Assembly (NCBI GenBank): GCA_000371745.1
Contig: AQUH01000003.1
Span: 1 to 49,457, forward strand
Source of the DNA: an alpha proteobacterium SCGC AAA280-B11
Lineage (GTDB): Bacteria > Pseudomonadota > Alphaproteobacteria > Pelagibacterales > Pelagibacteraceae
Length of the DNA stretch: 49,457 nt
Direction: 5' to 3'
Part shown: piece after piece, positions 40,238 through 49,457 of the stretch
How positions within the stretch are numbered: position 1 is the stretch's first letter
How the letters are laid out: every line of letters begins with the position of its first letter
Made by a program: the position numbers and the translations under genes
Notes under the pieces: generated by a model
The model's database searches: none
What the model saw: the letters and a program-made list of their open reading frames with translations, nothing else
What the model was told of the DNA's origin: nothing

Positions 40238-40322
40238 AATTTTTAACATTATATTAATTTGTTATTAAATCTATTGAATTAGTTGTCTGCAAAGACATAG
40301 AAAGATAAATTTAAAAAAATAG

Positions 40323-41210
40323 ATGTTATTTAAAAGTAAAAATGAAGCATTTTTAGGGATTTCATACATGGTGTTATGTATGATTTTTCTTTCGATTAAT
40401 GATGCTTTTATAAAATATATTTTACTTACCTATAAAGACATTACAATATTAGGTGAAATTATTTTCTTTAGAGGTGTTTGTTCAACTGCAATTCTTGCCC
40501 TTTACCTTTGGTATAGTAAAAAAATAACTGTTAAAATTTTAACTTCTAAATCACTACATTTCCGAGGTCTATTAGAATCCATTGCGGCAATCTTTTTCTT
40601 TCTTGGTCTTATGTATCTACCGTTTGGTGAACTTTATTCTTTAATGAACTTATCACCAATCTTAATCACTGCTTCGGGGGCTTTTTTGTTGGGAGAAAAA
40701 GTTGGCTGGAGAAGATGGACTGCTGTTATTTGCGGTTTCATTGGTGTTATGATTGTCATTCAACCTCATAACTTAAAATTTGGCCTAGCATTTATTTATC
40801 CTCTTATTGCGGCAGTGTTTGTTGCACAAAGAGATACGTTTACTAGAAAATTTTTAGATAAATTTGATAGCCTACAAGTTGTGCTTGTAACTTCTTTTAG
40901 TGTTACGTTTTTTTTTGGTTTTGGAATGTTTTTCAATTATCAGCCTATTAATATAGAAATATTTTTATGTATTTTTCTCTCTGCTATTTTTGTAAATCTT
41001 GGATATCTTTTTTCAGTGCTTGCAATCAAAACCACTAACATTTCAACGACATCTCCTTTTCGTTATACAATAATAATTTGGGGAATTATTCTAGGTTATT
41101 CTATATTCGATGAAATGCCTTCTATAACTATGATGCTTGGCACTCTTATTATTATAGCTAGCGGTATGTTCATTATTATAAGAGAAAAACAAATCGGGAT
41201 TACTAAATAA
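40323..41210 (+). CDS. DMT/EamA family transporter
   Basis: About 10 TMs; LGEKVGWRRW, PFRY, FDEMP. Confidence 0.9.
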   Translation: MLFKSKNEAFLGISYMVLCMIFLSINDAFIKYILLTYKDITILGEIIFFRGVCSTAILALYLWYSKKITVKILTSKSLHFRGLLESIAAIFFFLGLMYLPFGELYSLMNLSPILITASGAFLLGEKVGWRRWTAVICGFIGVMIVIQPHNLKFGLAFIYPLIAAVFVAQRDTFTRKFLDKFDSLQVVLVTSFSVTFFFGFGMFFNYQPINIEIFLCIFLSAIFVNLGYLFSVLAIKTTNISTTSPFRYTIIIWGIILGYSIFDEMPSITMMLGTLIIIASGMFIIIREKQIGITK

Positions 41211-41467
41211 TGAAAACATTAGAAACGCTTATTGATTTATTAAAATCAAAAGCAAAAAAAACATCTGAAGATAATGACCTAATAGAATTTGAAAAAGGAA
41301 AGTATTTCTTTGGCATAGTTAAAAATGGAAAAGAATTTGAAGGGATTACTATCAGCAGAAAATTAGATGCAAAATATACAAATAGAGTGGGTTTTAAAAT
41401 TATAGACACAATTGACGGTTATTCTGAAAAAAATGAAGCAAGAATTACTAGATACTTACAAGATTAA
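41210..41467 (+). CDS. Hypothetical protein (85 aa)
   Basis: TAATG stop/start coupling to the DMT gene; host-like codon usage; no family recognised. Confidence 0.7.
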   Translation: MKTLETLIDLLKSKAKKTSEDNDLIEFEKGKYFFGIVKNGKEFEGITISRKLDAKYTNRVGFKIIDTIDGYSEKNEARITRYLQD

Positions 41468-41489
41468 ATAATATCTGCTATTATAAACA

Positions 41490-41975
41490 ATGCCTTCATT
41501 TGATGTAGTAAGTAGAATTAATTATCAAGAATTTGATAATGCTCTTGCAAATTGTTTACGAGAAATTGGAACCCGTTATGATTTTAAAGGCCTTAATATT
41601 TCAATTGAAAGAAAAGACAAAGTCATCACTACTCTTGCTCCTGATAATATAAAACTTAAACAGGTAAATGAGTTGCTACAAACGCACCTTATTAGACGTA
41701 AGGTTGATCCAAGAGTTTTAAAGGTTAAGAGTTCAGAAACTGCAACGGGTGGAACGGTTAGACAAATTAGTGATTTAAAAGAAGGAATTGATCAAGAAAG
41801 TGCTAAAAAAATTATTACTCAAGTTAAAAGTTTAAAACTTAAAATTCAAGTAAAAATTCAAGGAGAAGAATTACGAGCAGATGGGAAAAAGAGAGACGAT
41901 CTCCAAGAAGCAATCGCCGCGATCAGAGAAATTGATATTGGTCAGCCATTAGAATTTGTAAATTTTAGAGACTAG
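41490..41975 (+). CDS. yajQ: YajQ family nucleotide-binding protein
   Basis: MPSFDVVS, RYDFKG, IQGEELR..GKKRDDLQ, NFRD. Confidence 0.95.
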   Translation: MPSFDVVSRINYQEFDNALANCLREIGTRYDFKGLNISIERKDKVITTLAPDNIKLKQVNELLQTHLIRRKVDPRVLKVKSSETATGGTVRQISDLKEGIDQESAKKIITQVKSLKLKIQVKIQGEELRADGKKRDDLQEAIAAIREIDIGQPLEFVNFRD

Positions 41976-42075
41976 TCTTATTTCTTTTTATTAAAGACTT
42001 TATTTTTTTACTAAATTTAGGTTTTTTTTTAAAACTCCTGTCTTTCGATGATTTTCCACTATATCTTTTTGTCAT
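41965..42075 (-). CDS. Possible 36-aa basic micro-protein MTKRYSGKSSKDRSFKKKPKFSKKIKSLIKRNKTSL
   Basis: ORF spans the yajQ-42120 gap and overlaps the yajQ end by 11 nt (convergent); no clear SD at proper spacing. Confidence 0.35.
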   Translation of the reverse strand: MTKRYSGKSSKDRSFKKKPKFSKKIKSLIKRNKTSL

Positions 42076-42119
42076 TTTGTCACAGAGTAATGTTATACTC
42101 CTAATAATAAAGTTTTATT

Positions 42120-42569
42120 ATGAAATCTATAATCACTATTTTAATATCATTCTTTTTATTTATAAATCCAAGTTTAGCTCAACACAAAGATGATAATCAT
42201 GCTCACAAAAGTATTGAAGCTAAAAATCCTTACCCTTCTGTAGATATTAAAATCATAAAAGATGCGTCCTCTGGTTATAATTTACAATTGATTACTAAAA
42301 ATTTTAAATTTACTCCTGAAAAAATTAATGCGGCAAATATCATGAATGAAGGTCACGCCCACATCTATATTAATAGTAAAAAAATCAGACTATATTCTGA
42401 ATGGTATCACATCGATGATGAACAGCTTACTCAACCTATCAATCAAATTAGGGTAACTTTAAATGCCAACGATCATTCTGAATACACTGTAAATTCAAGA
42501 CCAGTTGAGGCAATTGGTGCCATCAAAAATGAAGGTGGTGGAAATTGGTATAACAATAATAAAAGATAA
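42120..42569 (+). CDS. Exported hypothetical protein with His-rich putative metal-binding motifs
   Basis: Signal peptide ending SLA; HKDDNHAH, EGHAHIY, LNANDH. Confidence 0.7.
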   Translation: MKSIITILISFFLFINPSLAQHKDDNHAHKSIEAKNPYPSVDIKIIKDASSGYNLQLITKNFKFTPEKINAANIMNEGHAHIYINSKKIRLYSEWYHIDDEQLTQPINQIRVTLNANDHSEYTVNSRPVEAIGAIKNEGGGNWYNNNKR

Positions 42570-42959
42570 TTATTTACAAGGAAGATTAGATTTTTTCCAG
42601 CCCTCTCCTGTTGCTGGATTTCCTTCAAAGCCATCTGAAATGTTAACTAAGTTTTTATAACCCTCTTGCTGTAATAATTTTGCAGCAGCCATTGATCTCA
42701 CTCCCGATCTACAAATAACTAAAATATTATCTTTTTTTGAAATTTTTTTTTGAAGAAAGTCTTTAATAAAATTTTCATTCTTTTTTCTATCCACTCCTAT
42801 TAAGAGAGAAATAAAAAACGTTTTTGAATTTAAGGATTCAGCATCAGGTTTTCCAACCCCATTCCATTCTTCCTCTGTTCTAACATCAAGAACAACACTA
42901 TTTGGATTTGTTTTCAAAAAATTTAGAACTTTTTCAGAGGGTATATTAAATACTTCCAT
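42570..42959 (-). CDS. Single-domain rhodanese (sulfurtransferase)
   Basis: LDVRT.EEW, active loop CRSGVRS, GFEG, GWK. Confidence 0.9.
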   Translation of the reverse strand: MEVFNIPSEKVLNFLKTNPNSVVLDVRTEEEWNGVGKPDAESLNSKTFFISLLIGVDRKKNENFIKDFLQKKISKKDNILVICRSGVRSMAAAKLLQQEGYKNLVNISDGFEGNPATGEGWKKSNLPCK

Positions 42960-43073
42960 AAAATTATTTTATATTATTAAAACGATAAAGTTTTACTAGA
43001 TTCTGCTCTTTTTTTATAACTTTTTTACTTGTTATTAAAACTAGTCTCTGTTTAAATTGTCTCTTTAAATTAA

Positions 43074-44105
<1,032 letters not shown>

Positions 44106-44126
44106 TTCACAATTATCTTTATCTTT

Positions 44127-44157
44127 CAACCGCATTATTTTAAAAATAATGCGGTTG
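44127..44157 (+). terminator. Perfect inverted repeat between dctP and dctQ (mRNA-stabilising or attenuating hairpin)
   Basis: CAACCGCATTATTTT-A-AAAATAATGCGGTTG; no U-tract follows on the + strand. Confidence 0.65.
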
Positions 44158-44165
44158 GGGATATT

Positions 44166-44723
44166 ATGAAAAATTTTTTCTTAAAATTTGAAGAAAACTT
44201 CATCGCTTTTCTTTTAGTTTCGATGACATTGATTAACGTTGCAAACGTGTTTGTACGTTATGTTTTAAAATCTAATATTACCTGGGCACTTGAATACAGC
44301 ATTATGTCTTTTGGCTGGTTAATTATTTTGGGAGCTGCTTGGGGGGTAAGAGTTGGCGGTCACATTGGAATTGATACGGTTATAAATTTATTTTCAAAAA
44401 AAACTGTAAAATTTGTAAATATTATTTCTTGCAGTCTTTGTATTGTTTATGGCGCGATTATTTTATTCGGTAGCTATATTTATGTTGAAAAAATCTATTC
44501 TGTTGGTATTCGCTCACAAGACATTGAGTGGTTGCCTGCTTGGGTGCCAAAAACAGCTCTAATTTTTGGATTTGGACTTTTAATCATTAGATTTTCTGGA
44601 ATGCTTATTCGCATCATTAAAAATGAACAACATGGTCTTGGTTTAATGAATGAAGCTAAAGAAGTTATCGATAGCATTAAATTTGAAAAAAATGCAAAAA
44701 AAACTAGTAGAAAAGAAAAGTAG
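44166..44723 (+). CDS. dctQ: TRAP small permease
   Basis: 4 TMs; VFVRY, WALE, GGHIGID. Confidence 0.93.
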   Translation: MKNFFLKFEENFIAFLLVSMTLINVANVFVRYVLKSNITWALEYSIMSFGWLIILGAAWGVRVGGHIGIDTVINLFSKKTVKFVNIISCSLCIVYGAIILFGSYIYVEKIYSVGIRSQDIEWLPAWVPKTALIFGFGLLIIRFSGMLIRIIKNEQHGLGLMNEAKEVIDSIKFEKNAKKTSRKEK

Positions 44724-44730
44724 AAAATAA

Positions 44731-46041
44731 ATGACATCCATATTTCTTTTCACAATTCTTTTTGTATTTTTGTTTATGGGAATGCCTATTTCTATTTCAT
44801 TAGGACTTTCTAGTATTTTATCTATTCTATTTTTTGGCAGAGACTCTATTGCTTCAATGGCATTAAAAATTTTTGAAACTTCGGAACACTTTACCTTGCT
44901 TGCTATTCCATTCTTTATTTTAGGTGGAGTTTTAATGTCAACGGGTGGTGTTGCTAAACGACTAATTCGTTTCTCAATTGCCTGCGTAGGGCATATGCGT
45001 GGTGGTCTTGCAATCGCATCCATTCTTGCTTGTACTTTTTTTGCTGCAGTTTCAGGTTCTTCTCCTGCAACAGTTGTTGCGGTTGGAAGTATTATGATCG
45101 CTGCCATGACTAAGGCGGGTTATCCTCTTAGATTTGCATCTGGAGTTATATGTAATGCAGGAACTCTTGGAATTTTAATTCCTCCTTCTATTGTGATGGT
45201 TGTTTATTGTGCGGTTACAGAACAGTCCGTTGGACGAATGTTTTTAGCTGGAATAGTTCCAGGTCTTTTACTTGCATTTATTTTAATGGTTTCAGTTTAT
45301 ATTTATGCAAGAATTGTTGATCTTCCTGCTTTAAAAAGAGCAACTTTCAAAGAACTAATTGTAAGTGCCAAAGATGCTATTTGGGGATTTATTCTACTCT
45401 TTATTATTATGGGTGGAATTTATGGTGGAGTATTTACACCAACTGAAGCAGCAGCGGTTGCAGCTTTCTATGCAATGTTAGTTTCTGTTTTTATTTATAA
45501 AGACATTACCATCAAAGATCTTCCTAAAGTTTTCATTGATGCATCAAAATCTACAACGATGTTAATGTTCATTGTTGCAAACGCCATGTTGTTTGCGCAT
45601 GTATTAACAACAGAGAGAATTCCTCAGTTAATGGCAGAACAAATATTAAATGCGGGTCTTTCACCTTTAATGTTCTTATTGTTAGTCAATATTATTTTAA
45701 TTATTGCAGGTGACTTTATGGAACCTACTGCAATTATATTAATTTTAACTCCAGTGTTTTTTCCAATTGCAATGAAGCTTGGAATTGATCCTATTCATCT
45801 TGGAATTATGCTTGTTGTAAATATGGAAATTGGAATGGTCACACCACCGGTTGGTTTGAATTTATTTGTCACCTCCGCCATTACAGGCCAGACCCTTGTG
45901 CAGGTATTGAGAGGAGCACTTCCTTGGATGACAATCTTAGTGGTTTATCTTGGAATTATTACTTACTTCCCTAAAATTTCAACATTGCTTCCTGATTATT
46001 TAATGGGAAAACAAGCGCCTGTTGTTTTAAAGAAGTTCTAA
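44731..46041 (+). CDS. dctM: TRAP large permease
   Basis: AIPFFIL, SGSSPAT, LIPPSI, GVFTPTEAA, TPPVG.NLFV. Confidence 0.95.
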   Translation: MTSIFLFTILFVFLFMGMPISISLGLSSILSILFFGRDSIASMALKIFETSEHFTLLAIPFFILGGVLMSTGGVAKRLIRFSIACVGHMRGGLAIASILACTFFAAVSGSSPATVVAVGSIMIAAMTKAGYPLRFASGVICNAGTLGILIPPSIVMVVYCAVTEQSVGRMFLAGIVPGLLLAFILMVSVYIYARIVDLPALKRATFKELIVSAKDAIWGFILLFIIMGGIYGGVFTPTEAAAVAAFYAMLVSVFIYKDITIKDLPKVFIDASKSTTMLMFIVANAMLFAHVLTTERIPQLMAEQILNAGLSPLMFLLLVNIILIIAGDFMEPTAIILILTPVFFPIAMKLGIDPIHLGIMLVVNMEIGMVTPPVGLNLFVTSAITGQTLVQVLRGALPWMTILVVYLGIITYFPKISTLLPDYLMGKQAPVVLKKF

Positions 46042-47117
46042 ATATTACCGATATAAATTCCAAGCGCTAAAGCCGTATCTACTAAAGACTCATTTTGATC
46101 AACGACTTTATAATTATCAATTCCATCTTCTATCGGCACATCCACAACAGTTCTGTTCTTCCAAGCAACCATACGATTAAATTTTTTCTTAGCTAATAAA
46201 TCAACAGCTGCAACGCCAAAAGCGCTAGCGAGAATTCTATCATTTGGAGTTGGCATAGCTCCTCTTTGCACATGTCCTAGAGTAGTTACTCTGCACTCTA
46301 ACTTTGTTTTGTTCATTATTTCTTGAGAAATATAATTTCCAATTCCACCTAGTCGTTCTTGTCCATCTGAAAATTTAACCATGTGTACTTTTCCATTTTC
46401 TGTTTTTACAGATTCAGCAACAACAATAAGTGAATATTTTATATTATGTTTTCTCATTTGATCTATTTTTTTAATAATTCCATCAATTGAATAAGAAAGT
46501 TCAGGAATTAAAATAACATCAGCTCCCCCTGCAATTCCAGCATTTAAAGCAATATGACCCGCATCTCTTCCCATAACTTCTAAAATCATAATACGATGAT
46601 GACTTGCTGCTGTTGGTTGTAAATTATCGAGTGCCTGAGTTGCAATTGAAACTGCCGTGCTGAATCCAATAGAAGTTTCAGTAGAGCCAACGTCATTGTC
46701 GATAGTTTTAGGAATAGCTACAATATTTAATTTTCCTTTATCAGCAATTTTTTTTAAAATCTTTAAGCTGCCATCGCCACCAATGACTATTAAACCGTCT
46801 AATTTTAAAAGATGATAGCCTTCAATAATAGTGTCTGATTGATCGGAAAGTTTTCCATCCTCTAAAGGAAAATTAAAGGGATCTCCTTTGTTGGTTGTTC
46901 CTAAAAAAGTACCACCTTGTCTAAATAAAGACCCACTAAATATTTCATAATTTAACTCAACAAAATCAATTGGTCTTCTTATTAAACCAAGAGTTCCATC
47001 TTTAATACCAAAGACGTCCATATTATATTTTGATTTTGCTCTATAAAATATTGATCGTAAAGCGGCGTTCAATCCTCCGCAATCTCCACCACTTGTTAGA
47101 ATACCTACTCTTTTCAT
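46038..47117 (-). CDS. pfkA: 6-phosphofructokinase (PfkA family, probably ATP-dependent)
   Basis: TSGGD, GGT.LGT, IGGDGS, PKTIDND, EVMGRDAG, LGHVQRG. Confidence 0.92.
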   Translation of the reverse strand: MKRVGILTSGGDCGGLNAALRSIFYRAKSKYNMDVFGIKDGTLGLIRRPIDFVELNYEIFSGSLFRQGGTFLGTTNKGDPFNFPLEDGKLSDQSDTIIEGYHLLKLDGLIVIGGDGSLKILKKIADKGKLNIVAIPKTIDNDVGSTETSIGFSTAVSIATQALDNLQPTAASHHRIMILEVMGRDAGHIALNAGIAGGADVILIPELSYSIDGIIKKIDQMRKHNIKYSLIVVAESVKTENGKVHMVKFSDGQERLGGIGNYISQEIMNKTKLECRVTTLGHVQRGAMPTPNDRILASAFGVAAVDLLAKKKFNRMVAWKNRTVVDVPIEDGIDNYKVVDQNESLVDTALALGIYIGNI

Positions 47118-47177
47118 TAATTTTTATTACTTGTAAATATTACTATTCAAAAATAGTATTCAAATAATATCACTGTT

Positions 47178-47951
47178 ATGAATAAAAATATTAAAATTAT
47201 CTCTCAAAAACTTTCAAATGCACGATATAATAAAAAATTTATAAGCAAAATTCCAACTTCGATTATCAAAAATGTAAATACAGCAACAGAAATCTGTAGA
47301 AGCGCTGAAATGGAATTGTTGTGGAATCCTATCGGTTTTAAAGCGGGAGCAACTAATAAGGCCGTATGGAAAAAACTAAAGACTTCTAGCCCTTTCTTTT
47401 CTTATTTGTACGAAGAGACTACTTACAAAAATAATGGTAAGGCTCCTTTTCAGCAAAATCTTTTAGGAGCTGAACTTGAAGTTGCTTTTAAAATAAAAAA
47501 CGAATTATTTAATTTTAATAAAAAAATTACTAAATCTAATGTTAAAAAATTTATTATAGGCATGGCTCCAGCCATAGAAATAGTTGGCTTTAGACAAAAA
47601 ATAAAAGCAATTGATTGTTTGGGGCGCATGATTTCAGACTTTGGTTTAAATGTTTCTTTTGTACCTGGAAAATTAAAGAAATTTAATTTGAGAAAAATTA
47701 CTAATGTTTCAACAGTTCTAATAAATAAAAAAGATAAGAAGAAGTATCCAGGCAATAGTAAAAATGTAATGGGAAATCCTATCAACTCTTTAGTTTGGTT
47801 GTTAAATGAAATTAAAAAAAACAATATGATGTTAAGTTTTGATTTCTGGGTAACTACAGGATCAACGACACCAATTGTTCCTATTAAAAGAAAAGACTCT
47901 TTTTACGGAAATATTCCAGGTGTTGGAAGTGTTGCCGTTAAAATAAGTTAA
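47178..47951 (+). CDS. Fumarylacetoacetate hydrolase family, 2-keto-4-pentenoate hydratase-like
   Basis: GFKAGATN, ELEVAF, PAIEIV, MGNPINSLVWL, TTGS. Confidence 0.78.
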   Translation: MNKNIKIISQKLSNARYNKKFISKIPTSIIKNVNTATEICRSAEMELLWNPIGFKAGATNKAVWKKLKTSSPFFSYLYEETTYKNNGKAPFQQNLLGAELEVAFKIKNELFNFNKKITKSNVKKFIIGMAPAIEIVGFRQKIKAIDCLGRMISDFGLNVSFVPGKLKKFNLRKITNVSTVLINKKDKKKYPGNSKNVMGNPINSLVWLLNEIKKNNMMLSFDFWVTTGSTTPIVPIKRKDSFYGNIPGVGSVAVKIS

Positions 47952-48872
47952 TTATTCTTTAACGACGGTCATTTTTCTTGAAAAATAAATCAAAGATACA
48001 ATTGCAAGCGAAAAAACAACAGATAAAAAATCTAAAGTCTCTCCTAATAAAATAATAGAAAAAGCAAAAGTTAGAAAAGGCATCAGTAGTTGTATTTGAC
48101 TAACACGAACCGCTCCTCCCATTTCTAATCCTTTATACCATGCAAAAAAGCCAATCCATTGGGAAAATAAAGAAGCATAAAGAAATCCTAACCATGCACT
48201 GATATGAATTTCATTTTTAGGAAAATAATAAATGGCCAACATTAAATGGAAAGGCATAGCGGAAGCCAAAACCCACGAGATAACATCTATTGAACTCATT
48301 ATTTTAGTAAGCTTAGCTCCAACATTATAACCAACGGAAGCTGATATAACTGCAATAAAGAATAAAAGATCAGCGTAGGAAACTGTTGTCGCCTCTTTGA
48401 TGCTTTGAGCATGAAGAATAGTGTAGATAACTATTAATAAACAGCCAACAACAGCGCATATCCAAAATCCAATTGATGCTTTATGTTTAAAATAAAAAGA
48501 AGCAATTATTGCTGTTACTAGCGGCAAAAATGCCAAGATTACTCCTGAATGTATTGAAGTCGAATGAACAAGACCTAAAGCTAAAAATAATGGAAAACCA
48601 ACTGATACGCCTAGAGCTATTATAGAAAAATTAATAAAATATTTTAATTTAGGTATTTTTTTTTTAAAAATAATTAAATAAATAAGAGATAAAATGCCGG
48701 CAAGTGCCGCTCTTCCAAAAGTAATAAACTGCGGTGACAATTGATCATTTGAAATTCCTAGAGCTAACTTTGTAACCGCTGAAGTAACTGAGAAGATTAA
48801 TATTCCAATAAAGCCTAGGATAAACCCTTTACTTTCATTACTGATTTTCGAGAATTTTTTTTTAATAGACAT
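47952..48872 (-). CDS. DMT/EamA family transporter
   Basis: Multi-TM; GFPLF, GFFAWYKGL..GG..RVSQIQL..PF, LLGE. Confidence 0.9.
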   Translation of the reverse strand: MSIKKKFSKISNESKGFILGFIGILIFSVTSAVTKLALGISNDQLSPQFITFGRAALAGILSLIYLIIFKKKIPKLKYFINFSIIALGVSVGFPLFLALGLVHSTSIHSGVILAFLPLVTAIIASFYFKHKASIGFWICAVVGCLLIVIYTILHAQSIKEATTVSYADLLFFIAVISASVGYNVGAKLTKIMSSIDVISWVLASAMPFHLMLAIYYFPKNEIHISAWLGFLYASLFSQWIGFFAWYKGLEMGGAVRVSQIQLLMPFLTFAFSIILLGETLDFLSVVFSLAIVSLIYFSRKMTVVKE

Positions 48873-48897
48873 AAATTAATGATTAAATTTAATAAGA

Positions 48898-49457
48898 TTA
48901 ACTAGCTTTTTTTAGTTCGCGTCTTTCATTTTCAAATAATAAAGCTAAACGATCAATCATATAATCTGAAGCTTCAAATACATTCTTTGGATTAAAAACT
49001 TTTGTCTCAGAAACATCTGTTTTATCCTCCAAATTAATTTCATTTTTTAAACGTTCAGACGCATTTTCACCTTTAATATATAATAAAAATAAATAGTCAT
49101 TATCTGGGGTGTCTTGATTCTTGATAAAACATTCTCCGTTTTCCGCTATATTATCTATGAACGCTAGCGGTGCTCTTTTTCTTGTTAAGTATCTTTTATT
49201 AACCTGGAACACGATTGATTTCATATTTCTTGAATACTTTTCTAATCTCTCAACTACTTGCTTTTTAATTTCATTTTCTTTTTTTTCAGCCTCTAATATA
49301 GCTCTAGCTTCTTCCCTTGTTTTTTTATGAGCCTCTAATTCAAGTAATTTTGCTTCTCTTCGTTTAAGTTTAATTTCTTGTAATTTTTCTCTATAAATTC
49401 TTAATCGATCTTCGGTAATTTTTAATTTATTTCTTAATTCATATATTTTTTCTTTTT
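48898..49457 (-). CDS. Coiled-coil hypothetical protein, 5'-truncated by window edge
   Basis: Frame is open from 49455 (KEKIYELRNKLKITEDRL...EKYSRN) in frame into the tracked MKSIVFQ ORF; E/K-rich heptads followed by a globular C-terminal domain. Confidence 0.75.
   Translation of the reverse strand, partial: KEKIYELRNKLKITEDRLRIYREKLQEIKLKRREAKLLELEAHKKTREEARAILEAEKKENEIKKQVVERLEKYSRNMKSIVFQVNKRYLTRKRAPLAFIDNIAENGECFIKNQDTPDNDYLFLLYIKGENASERLKNEINLEDKTDVSETKVFNPKNVFEASDYMIDRLALLFENERRELKKAS

Overview
AT-rich, densely packed chromosomal segment with abutting or overlapping genes. The gene content and order (aceEF; thrS-infC-rpmI-rplT-pheST-lepA; gltDB; rnd-kdsD-lptC-lptB; metY; ATP synthase zeta subunit; TRAP dctPQM) point to a streamlined alphaproteobacterium of the Pelagibacterales (SAR11). 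The 6-phosphofructokinase gene fits the freshwater LD12/Fonsibacter-like lineage (inference). Most of the window is core housekeeping and metabolism, plus one tRNA-Ser(GGA). I found no CRISPR array, transposase, integrase or rRNA. The most interesting signals are absent from the ORF track or sit at the tRNA. (i) Four unannotated micro-ORFs fill otherwise unexplained intergenic gaps: a 35-aa peptide resembling the active core of ribosome-rescue factor ArfA (34507-34614), a 23-aa single-TM peptide (29679-29750), and two lysine-rich basic peptides (40151-40237 upstream of mgtE; 41965-42075). (ii) An extremely AT-rich glycosyltransferase-like gene has its stop codon inside tRNA-Ser, so tRNA 5' maturation could create a non-stop mRNA. 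(iii) A compositionally foreign 2OG-Fe(II) oxygenase gene lies at the tRNA 3' end. All functional ideas for the micro-ORFs are hypotheses.
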